Shown here: in pieces, positions 6,513-13,730 of the stretch
Layout: each line of letters starts with the position of its first letter
Numbering within the stretch: the stretch's first letter is position 1
Source: Candidatus Latescibacterota bacterium
GTDB lineage: Bacteria > Latescibacterota > UBA2968
Length of the DNA: 13,730 nucleotides
Direction: 5' to 3'
Assembly: GCA_038279365.1 (NCBI GenBank)
Contig: JAYODI010000045.1
Span: 1-13,730 of the forward strand
Translations under genes and position numbers: made by a program
The notes under the pieces: model-generated
What the model saw: only the letters and a program-made list of their open reading frames with translations
What the model was told of the DNA's origin: nothing
Databases searched by the model: none

Positions 6513-8149
6513 TAATGCTCCTCAATAGGCCCATATTGATAGGCCTCTTCCGTAACAACAGGTGTTGATTCAAAATTAAACGTTGTGGGAGGTGTATCGG
6601 CAACTTCCCATTCCAAACCTTTTGCACCCCAAGGATTTTGAGATGCCTTCGGTCCCTTGAAAATCGACCATCCCAAGTAAAAAGCGGGTAACAAATAGCC
6701 AAGAGCCAAAACTGTAGCACCAAATGTAGACGCCACATTTAAGATCTGAAATTCATCGGGGTAGCTGTGATAACGTCTTGGCATCCCCATATATCCCAAC
6801 AAAAACTGTGGGAAAAATGTCAAATTAAAACCGAGGAAAACCAACACAGCAGAGGCCTTACCCAAAATATCGGGATACATTTTACCTGTAATTTTAGGCC
6901 ACCAAAAATGCATGCCACCCAAATACCCCATCACCTGCCCACCCACCATGATATAATGGAAATGCGCCACCACAAAGTAGGTATCGTGCAGGTGAATATC
7001 TAATCCCATATTGGATAAAAACAGACCCGTCAATCCACCAATCAAAAACAAACCCATATACCCCATCACATAAAACATCGGGGTATTGTAAACAATGGAC
7101 CCTTTGTACATCGTAGCCGTCCAGTTAAACGTTTTAATAGCTGACGGCACAGCAACCAAAAACGTAATCACTGAGAAGACCATCCCAGCATATGTTGATT
7201 GGCTACTCAAGAACATATGGTGTCCCCAAACGAGGAAACCCAAAATAGCAATGGCCACGCTCGAAAAGGCCACAAACTCATACCCGAACACCCGCTTGCG
7301 CGAAATGCAAGAAATCATTTCACTCATCACACCCATGGAGGGCAAAATCATGATATACACAGCAGGATGAGAATAAAACCAGAACAAATGTTGAAACAAA
7401 ACAGGGTCACCACCTAAGCGCGGATCAAAGAAACCAAATCCAAAGGCACGCTCCAACATCATCAACACCAACGTGATGGCAATAACGGGCGTTCCCAACA
7501 ACATAATCAGGCTTGTGGCATAATGCGCCCAAATAAACAAAGGCATCCGAAACCACGTCATACCTGGCGCACGCATAGTATGAATGGTCACAACAAAATT
7601 CAAACCTGTTAAAATAGACGAAAAACCTGCTAAAAAGGCCGCAAAACCAGCCAGCAAAACATTTGAGTTTGAATAAGTGCTGCTATAAGGCGTATAAAAA
7701 GTCCATCCCGTATCCACACCACCCGCCAAAATTGCAGCAGTCCCCAATACACCGGCAATCATATACACGTACCAACTCAACAAGTTGATACGTGGAAAAG
7801 CCAAATCTTTGGCACCAATCATAATGGGCACCAAAAAGTTACCAATGGTAGCCGGAATGGATGGGACTAAAAAGAAGAAAACCATCACCACGCCGTGCAT
7901 GGTGAACAACTTGTTATAGGTATCTGAATGTGCAAAATCACCTTGAGGGGTTAACAACTCCAAACGAATCAATCCTGCAAACAAACCACCAACAGCAAAA
8001 AAGATCGAAATGGAAATCATATACAACACAGCAATGCGTTTATGATCTTTTGTTAACAACCAAGATTTTAAACCATAACCATTATTTAAATAGTTTGTTT
8101 CTGGTGCGGCATATCCAGATGTGCTTACATCTTGTTCTGCAATTGCCAT
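6512..8149 (-). CDS. ctaD: Cytochrome c oxidase subunit I, type A2 heme-copper oxidase
   Basis: 'TKDHKRI' (D-channel Asp), 'TMHG', 'GWTFYTP', 'WFYSHPAVY' (the A2 YS motif in place of GHPEVY), 'WGHHM', '[12 protein letters not shown]', 'GMPRRY'. Confidence 0.98.
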   Translation of the reverse strand: MAIAEQDVSTSGYAAPETNYLNNGYGLKSWLLTKDHKRIAVLYMISISIFFAVGGLFAGLIRLELLTPQGDFAHSDTYNKLFTMHGVVMVFFFLVPSIPATIGNFLVPIMIGAKDLAFPRINLLSWYVYMIAGVLGTAAILAGGVDTGWTFYTPYSSTYSNSNVLLAGFAAFLAGFSSILTGLNFVVTIHTMRAPGMTWFRMPLFIWAHYATSLIMLLGTPVIAITLVLMMLERAFGFGFFDPRLGGDPVLFQHLFWFYSHPAVYIMILPSMGVMSEMISCISRKRVFGYEFVAFSSVAIAILGFLVWGHHMFLSSQSTYAGMVFSVITFLVAVPSAIKTFNWTATMYKGSIVYNTPMFYVMGYMGLFLIGGLTGLFLSNMGLDIHLHDTYFVVAHFHYIMVGGQVMGYLGGMHFWWPKITGKMYPDILGKASAVLVFLGFNLTFFPQFLLGYMGMPRRYHSYPDEFQILNVASTFGATVLALGYLLPAFYLGWSIFKGPKASQNPWGAKGLEWEVADTPPTTFNFESTPVVTEEAYQYGPIEEH

Positions 8150-8155
8150 ATCACA

Positions 8156-9106
8156 CTACTCCACACTCGTGAGTTCTGGGGCTTTGAGCGACTTAATATA
8201 GGCGATGAGTTGCATCACACCTTCTTCGCTGATTTGCCCTTTAAAGGTTGGCATAATGGGTTTATAACCTGCCACAAGCTTGGCCGCTGGGTTCAAAATA
8301 GATTCACGGATATATGCTTCATTAACCACAGCAGACCCGCCACCTTCAAGACCGACTGATTTGCCATAAACCCCAACCAATGAGGGACCACGACCTTTGC
8401 CGTCATCCTTATGACAGGTGTGACAAGCATATTGTTCAAACAACCGCTCACCCGTCACTTCCATAGGTTCATTGGCAACGCCACCCGTAAGCCAATTTTG
8501 ATAATCTTGTGGTTCCATCACATGAATGGTTCCGATCATACGCGAATGTTCGGTCCCACAATATTCTGCACAAAATAAATGATAAGACCCAACTTTTGTT
8601 GCTTCAAACCAAAGTGATGTATATCGCCCTGGTAACACATCTTTTTTCACCCGAAATGCAGGAATATAAAAGCTATGCAAAACATCTTCAGAAGTCATCG
8701 TCAAACGCACAGCCTGACCCAATGGCACGTGCAATTCGTTGATTTCTCGTTTGCCTTCAGGATGCTGTAATTTCCACATCCATTGTTTTCCAACCACATA
8801 CATTTCTAATGTGTTGTTGGGAGGCGTTGTTATATGAAAATATAAAACGGTCGACCAAACAAACATACCCAAAGCCAATACCAATGGAATAGACGTCCAA
8901 AAAAGCTCTAAACCAATGTGACCAGCAATTTGTCTGGGTACTTCGTCAGGTGATTTGCGACGGTATTTTATCGCAAAAACCACCACCAACACAGACACCA
9001 ATGTGGCAAAAAACACACACAAAAGAACAGTGGCAAAATAAATGCCATCGACCTTCAATGCAAAACTTGAAGCCTGTTCAGGAAAAAGAGGAAAGTCAGT
9101 CCACAT
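8156..9106 (-). CDS. ctaC: Cytochrome c oxidase subunit II with fused C-terminal cytochrome c (caa3 type)
   Basis: Two TM helices, 'KQWMW', CuA ligands 'DVLHSF' and 'CAEYCGTEHSRM', heme c motif CHTCH, and distal 'IMPTF'. Confidence 0.97.
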   Translation of the reverse strand: MWTDFPLFPEQASSFALKVDGIYFATVLLCVFFATLVSVLVVVFAIKYRRKSPDEVPRQIAGHIGLELFWTSIPLVLALGMFVWSTVLYFHITTPPNNTLEMYVVGKQWMWKLQHPEGKREINELHVPLGQAVRLTMTSEDVLHSFYIPAFRVKKDVLPGRYTSLWFEATKVGSYHLFCAEYCGTEHSRMIGTIHVMEPQDYQNWLTGGVANEPMEVTGERLFEQYACHTCHKDDGKGRGPSLVGVYGKSVGLEGGGSAVVNEAYIRESILNPAAKLVAGYKPIMPTFKGQISEEGVMQLIAYIKSLKAPELTSVE

Positions 9107-9169
9107 TCGCTAACTCAGCGGATTAAGGGTAAAAAGTATGTGCCAGGACATCCCGACAACCAAAAGGAA

Positions 9170-9997
9170 TCAAACACTTTGATGCAGAACCCGTTGCTTG
9201 TACTTACGACCAAAAACAACAATCATTGCAATGAGTCCGAGGACTGTAAGCCCCCCGGCAATTCGCACCAAACGATAAATTGCCAGTGAATATTTGCCTG
9301 TGAGCGGATTATACTGAAAACAATATAAAAATATTGTATCAATAGGGGTGCCAATCTTTTCTTCTGATGCTTCGAGCAAACCCAGCTTAATATCTCGAGG
9401 GGCAAATTCAACGCCAAACAAATACCGCGCCAATTTACCTTGTGGTGTGACAATCATAATGCCGCTGGCGTGTATGTACTCATCCGTTTCGGGATCATGT
9501 GCAAAGTGAAAACCAATGGCATCTGTTAATGTTTTGATGCTCTGAAAATCACCTGTCAAAAAACGCCAACCACCAGAATTGCGTCCATAACCTTCATTGT
9601 ATACGATCTTTTTGGCAGCTGCTAATTCTGCCCCTTCATTGGGATCAATACTAAAGGTTACAAGCTCAAAATCAACACCAGCAGTCAAAGACAATGGGCG
9701 CAACCCCATCAGCAATCCATTCAAAACCTGTGTGCACAACATTGGACATTCGTAATACGCAGGAACCAAAATCACAGGTTTGTCTTTAAAAAAGGCGCCC
9801 AACCGAATGGATTGCCCTGATTCATCTTGAAACAACAAATCCAGAGGAACCGTATCACCCATCTTTTGATCGATTCCAACAGAATCTAAAACGGTTGGAT
9901 TTGGTGTAACAATAGACGGTGTGCCCTGCCCATACTGACCATAGCTATTGTTACAAAACAACACCGTGAAACAAACAAAAACAAATAAACCACGCAT
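9170..9997 (-). CDS. SCO1/SenC-family copper chaperone
   Basis: Signal-peptide-like N-terminus, CxxxC motif 'YYECPMLC', 'SIDPNE', 'WRFLTG', conserved His in 'YIHAS', C-terminal TM helix; directly upstream of subunit II. Confidence 0.92.
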   Translation of the reverse strand: MRGLFVFVCFTVLFCNNSYGQYGQGTPSIVTPNPTVLDSVGIDQKMGDTVPLDLLFQDESGQSIRLGAFFKDKPVILVPAYYECPMLCTQVLNGLLMGLRPLSLTAGVDFELVTFSIDPNEGAELAAAKKIVYNEGYGRNSGGWRFLTGDFQSIKTLTDAIGFHFAHDPETDEYIHASGIMIVTPQGKLARYLFGVEFAPRDIKLGLLEASEEKIGTPIDTIFLYCFQYNPLTGKYSLAIYRLVRIAGGLTVLGLIAMIVVFGRKYKQRVLHQSV

Positions 9998-10002
9998 AAG
10001 AA

Positions 10003-10377
10003 CTACTTTCGAACCGGAAATCCACGCTTTAAAGCCAAGGACTTTGCCGCTTCAATAGGAATATGAACAACGCCCGCATCTTTATCTACCCACCCATATG
10101 AAGACAATGTAGCCTGCGTTTCAGAACGAACCACAGCCAACTCTGCGGGGGGATTGGATTGAAGCAATAACCCATCATATGGCTTTTGCTGTGCAACCAT
10201 TGGAGGAGGATCATCGGCCAAGTAAATACTTGCATGCTCTAATCCATAAAGCATAATCCACATAGAAATAAAAGATAAAACAGCAACTGCAAGGATCGCA
10301 CCTGTAGCAATCAGCACAGGGCCAATGCGTAGGGCATACGTTTCATATCTTTTTTCTTGGGCATTGTGTTCGGCCAT
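10003..10377 (-). CDS. Single-TM protein, probable alternative complex III subunit ActG
   Basis: ATG at 10377 (MAEHNAQ...) follows the actF stop after a 1-nt gap. One TM helix and C-terminal 'LSSYGWVDKDAGVVHIPIEAA'. Position between actF and sco matches ACIII-caa3 clusters. Confidence 0.7.
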   Translation of the reverse strand: MAEHNAQEKRYETYALRIGPVLIATGAILAVAVLSFISMWIMLYGLEHASIYLADDPPPMVAQQKPYDGLLLQSNPPAELAVVRSETQATLSSYGWVDKDAGVVHIPIEAAKSLALKRGFPVRK

Positions 10378-10378
10378 C

Positions 10379-11566
10379 TTAATGACCCTCTCCAGCAAAG
10401 GTTTCTGCCATACGTGGATCGTGTAAAGGCACGAGAGCAGCACCCTTTAGTTGCATTGTAAAATAGGCCAACCAAAACCCACCAATACTCAATGGAATTG
10501 TAATATCCAACCAATGAGGATGAAAAGCGGAGGGGCCACCGTGCGAGAAAGATGGTACAATGTACCAATACAAATCGACATAACGCATAATCAGCATCAA
10601 TATTGCAATGGTCATCAACAACGGCGCACGGCGTTTGATGGCGCGTTGCAAGAGCAAGAAAAATGGCAAAGCAAAGTGGAACAATATCAAGGCCAAGGCC
10701 ATTAAGTCCCAGCCCCCTTGGCTACGCTTGATATACCAAGGTGCTTCTTCTGCCAAGTTTGCAGACCAAATAATCAAAAATTGAGAAAAACTGACATATG
10801 CCCAAAACACCGTAAAGGCAAACATTAAGGTGCCCAAGTCGCTCAAATATTTCGAGGCACCAATATTTTCGTAAGCATCAGCATCGGAGATATTGATCAC
10901 CCAAATGATACATAATGCCATTGCAGCCAACGCTTGACCAACCACAAAAATGAAACCAAATATGGTCGAAAACCAATGGGGTTCTAAAGACATCACCCAA
11001 TCGGTAGAGGCAAACGTCACAGCCAACACAAACAAAGGAATACCTGGCCCACTCACATTGATCATTCGGCTTTTCAATGCAGGATCACCCGATTGATCTT
11101 GTGTACGAGACCAATTTGTTAATAAAAACGTAAGCCCCAACCAAATGGCAAAATAAATAACAGCGCGAAAATAAAACCCAGATTCATTTAGATATGGGCT
11201 TTTGAATGTCAAAATCGGATCATTGGCAACCACATCGGTGTGTGTCCACTCATACAAACTATGCATACCAAAAATGACCGGAATAGCCAACACAATCATC
11301 AATGGCAATGTGCGTGCCCCAGACTCTAACAAACGCCTAATAACAAAACCCCATCGCCCACTGACCAAATGATGCAACATCAGCAAGGCCAAACACCCCA
11401 AGCTAACACACAGCCAATACAGATAACCTACAAGGTACGATTGGAAAAACTGTTGTGGGTCATTAATGGCACCAATTACCGTCAATACGGCAAGTGCCAC
11501 ACCAAACAACAGGCCTAAAGACCGAACCTTATTTACAAATGGATGATCAAACGATTCCGTAGCCAT
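10379..11566 (-). CDS. actF: Alternative complex III membrane subunit ActF
   Basis: About 10 TM helices with 'HHLVSGRWG', 'DWVMSLEPHWFSTIFG', 'FWAYVSFSQFLIIWSANLAEE'; follows actE. Confidence 0.9.
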   Translation of the reverse strand: MATESFDHPFVNKVRSLGLLFGVALAVLTVIGAINDPQQFFQSYLVGYLYWLCVSLGCLALLMLHHLVSGRWGFVIRRLLESGARTLPLMIVLAIPVIFGMHSLYEWTHTDVVANDPILTFKSPYLNESGFYFRAVIYFAIWLGLTFLLTNWSRTQDQSGDPALKSRMINVSGPGIPLFVLAVTFASTDWVMSLEPHWFSTIFGFIFVVGQALAAMALCIIWVINISDADAYENIGASKYLSDLGTLMFAFTVFWAYVSFSQFLIIWSANLAEEAPWYIKRSQGGWDLMALALILFHFALPFFLLLQRAIKRRAPLLMTIAILMLIMRYVDLYWYIVPSFSHGGPSAFHPHWLDITIPLSIGGFWLAYFTMQLKGAALVPLHDPRMAETFAGEGH

Positions 11567-11575
11567 ACAAGTTCC

Positions 11576-12181
11576 CTACTGGTTTTCAAGTCGCACACGT
11601 TCTGCAGCGGGCACATCTTCCAAATTGGCCCCTTGGCTTACCTGCAAAGCGCGAATATATGCAGCAATTGCCCATCGGTCTTCAGGTTTGATACGAGATG
11701 CATAACTATACATCACGCCAAACCCATTGGTCATCACATCAAAATAATATCCTGGTGTTTCTGCACGCAACCGGTCAATATGATAAGATGGTGGTTGTTT
11801 CATGCCACGCCGAACCACAATGCCGCGCCCATCACCTACATAACCGTGACAAGGTGTGCAATAAATGTTATATCGCTCTTGCCCCCGGTTAATCACATCT
11901 GCCGTCACTTCAAATGGAAATGTTTTTGCAAACTCGCCATTTACTTTGCCAGTATATAAGTGTGCATCCGTTCGCAAGTGCCCGCGTGCCACAGTACCCT
12001 CAATCCAAGGGCGCGAAGCACGCCCATCGGCAAAAAAATTACTCTTTTCAAGGGGTTCGTATTTGGACTGGTTATACATCTCTTGACGCAATCGCTCAAG
12101 ATCAGTTGTGCCCTGACACCCAACGAGCATGACACACGCCACGAACAGCGCTGAAAGCTGAAAGCTGACTTTAAGATTCAA
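11576..12181 (-). CDS. actE: Alternative complex III monoheme cytochrome c lipoprotein ActE
   Basis: Lipobox LVGC, 'MYNQSKYEP', 'GTVARG', heme motif CTPCH, 'GFGVMYSY', 'DRWAIAAYIRALQ'. Start estimated at TTG 12181 (AAAGGTGG upstream), overlapping the actD end; the exact start is uncertain. Confidence 0.88.
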   Translation of the reverse strand: MNLKVSFQLSALFVACVMLVGCQGTTDLERLRQEMYNQSKYEPLEKSNFFADGRASRPWIEGTVARGHLRTDAHLYTGKVNGEFAKTFPFEVTADVINRGQERYNIYCTPCHGYVGDGRGIVVRRGMKQPPSYHIDRLRAETPGYYFDVMTNGFGVMYSYASRIKPEDRWAIAAYIRALQVSQGANLEDVPAAERVRLENQ

Positions 12182-12707
12182 CTTCAACCACCTTTGTTGC
12201 ATGCAACCCCTCAAGGAAGCTGCGCGTTTCTGAAAGTTCAAATTTGGGATCTTCTGCCTCAATACACAGGAAAAAACCATCACCCGAAGCACGTTCAAAC
12301 TCTTCAACATTAAAAACAGGATGATGAGGTTGAGGCAAACCATTTAAAATCAGCATACTAAAAACAGCACCAAATGCAGCGAACAAAATGCCCAATTCAA
12401 ATGTCACAGGAACAAACATGGGCCAACTCAAATAAGGCCGACCACCAATATTTAATGGGTACTCAATAACAGACACCCAATATTGTAAACCAAATCCTGT
12501 GCAAGCCCCTAACAAACCACCCAAAAGCACAAAAAAAGGAACACGATGTTTGGCATATCCCAAAGACTCAGACAAGTCGTGAATGGGCATGGGTGAAAAA
12601 GCATCCATATTCCGATATCCTGCAGCATGAGCACCTTGTGCGGCATGCAACAAATCGTCTGGACTTTCAAACTCTGCCATTAAACCATAAACACTTTTAT
12701 CAGCCAT
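12171..12707 (-). CDS. actD: Alternative complex III subunit ActD (DUF3341)
   Basis: 'GLMAEF', 'DAFSPMPIH', two TM helices around 'YPLNIGGRP', 'VPVTFELGILFAA', 'NGLPQPHHPVF'. Start is ATG 12707 or TTG 12716. Confidence 0.9.
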   Translation of the reverse strand: MADKSVYGLMAEFESPDDLLHAAQGAHAAGYRNMDAFSPMPIHDLSESLGYAKHRVPFFVLLGGLLGACTGFGLQYWVSVIEYPLNIGGRPYLSWPMFVPVTFELGILFAAFGAVFSMLILNGLPQPHHPVFNVEEFERASGDGFFLCIEAEDPKFELSETRSFLEGLHATKVVEVES

Positions 12708-12722
12708 CGTCAGCAACCCAAA

Positions 12723-13730
12723 TTAATCTGCAGATGCATCAGCAGCAGCATCGTGATCAGGTTTTTTGCCATGTCCCTTACGGGGCACCAACAAACGAAT
12801 TTCAAACATATTAATCACAGGCATCACGCGAATGAACAACAACATCGCCACCAAGAAGAGCCCAATTGTTCCAACATACAACAACCAGTCAAAAGGCGTG
12901 GAATGATACATATCCCAAGATGACGGCAAGTAATCGCGGTGCAAGCTGGTAACCACAATAATGAAGCGTTCCAGCCACATACCCACATTGATAAACATTG
13001 AAACGATGAACAGCATAATCGGGTTCAAACGCACCCATTTAATCCACAACAATTGAGGGACAGCCACATTGCATAAAATCAGCATCCAATATTCAAAGGA
13101 ATAAGGCCCCCACGTGCGGTTTTGCATCATATAGCCTTCATATGGGCTGGCGCTATACCACGCGTAAAACTGTTCCATCCCATAACCATAAGCCACAATC
13201 AACCCTGTGGCCAACATCACCTTTGACATATTATTTAAGTGTCGATCGGTGATAAAATCGTGCAAACCATAAATGGCGCGAATGGGCAGTGCCAATGTCA
13301 ACACCATTGCAAAACCTGCAAACACGGCACCTGCAACAAAGTAAGGCGGAAATATCGTTGCGTGCCAACCGGGCACCAAACCCACCGAGAAGTCAAAACT
13401 AACGATGGAGTGTACGGAAAGTACCAAAGGTGTTGAAATACCAGCCAAAAGCAAAGAAGCCATTTCGTAGTTGTGCCAATGTTTGGCAGAACCGCGCCAG
13501 CCCATTGACAGCATACCGTAAATCAAACGTGAAATTTTCTTTTTGGCCTTGTCGCGCAAAGTTGCAAAGTCTGGAATTAAACCGATATACCAAAAGAGCA
13601 ACGACACGGTAAAGTATGTGCTTACCGCAAACACGTCCCAAATAAGAGGGCTTCTAAATTGTGGCCAAACACCCATTGAGTTGGGATAAGGCAACAACCA
13701 ATACGCGGCAATCCAAGGACGACCCGTGTG
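12723..13730 (-). CDS. actC: Alternative complex III quinol-binding subunit ActC (NrfD/PsrC family), 5'-partial
   Basis: Frame is open to the window edge: HTGRPW...'[15 protein letters not shown]', '[15 protein letters not shown]', '[15 protein letters not shown]', '[10 protein letters not shown]'. Confidence 0.95.
   Translation of the reverse strand, partial: HTGRPWIAAYWLLPYPNSMGVWPQFRSPLIWDVFAVSTYFTVSLLFWYIGLIPDFATLRDKAKKKISRLIYGMLSMGWRGSAKHWHNYEMASLLLAGISTPLVLSVHSIVSFDFSVGLVPGWHATIFPPYFVAGAVFAGFAMVLTLALPIRAIYGLHDFITDRHLNNMSKVMLATGLIVAYGYGMEQFYAWYSASPYEGYMMQNRTWGPYSFEYWMLILCNVAVPQLLWIKWVRLNPIMLFIVSMFINVGMWLERFIIVVTSLHRDYLPSSWDMYHSTPFDWLLYVGTIGLFLVAMLLFIRVMPVINMFEIRLLVPRKGHGKKPDHDAAADASAD

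Noticed and set aside
12150-12168. Heptamer tandem GCTGAAA x2.7 in the ActE signal-peptide region as a phase-variation tract
   Set aside because: Too few copies, the frame is intact, and phase variation is unlikely in a core respiratory gene.
12182-12343. Long N-terminal extension of ActE in the ORF track (likewise 5848-5913 for subunit IV and 10378-10443 for ActG)
   Set aside because: These extensions overlap the upstream genes; downstream starts give proper translational coupling and, for ActE, a normal lipoprotein signal peptide.
10-13641. Many 60-150 aa alternative-frame and antisense ORFs in the track
   Set aside because: They overlap well-supported genes and show no recognisable motifs; treated as shadow ORFs.

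Overview
Bacterial chromosomal window with two parts. The right part (5524-13730, minus strand) is the distal portion of a respiratory operon: alternative complex III genes (actC partial, actD, actE, actF, probable actG), an SCO copper chaperone, and a type A2 caa3 cytochrome c oxidase (subunits II, I, III, IV), closed by a UUCG-loop terminator. The left part (1-5385) is an accessory enzyme cluster: a 5'-truncated SGNH hydrolase that appears fused to an Ig/cadherin-like domain, three PhyH-family Fe(II)/2-oxoglutarate oxygenases, a Nudix hydrolase and an alpha/beta hydrolase. Most notable: two PhyH paralogues have H-G-S in place of the iron-binding H-x-D motif (halogenase-like or re-wired metal site), and a structured REP-like tandem repeat lies at about 4319-4508. 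All family assignments come from motif recognition by eye; no database searches were run.
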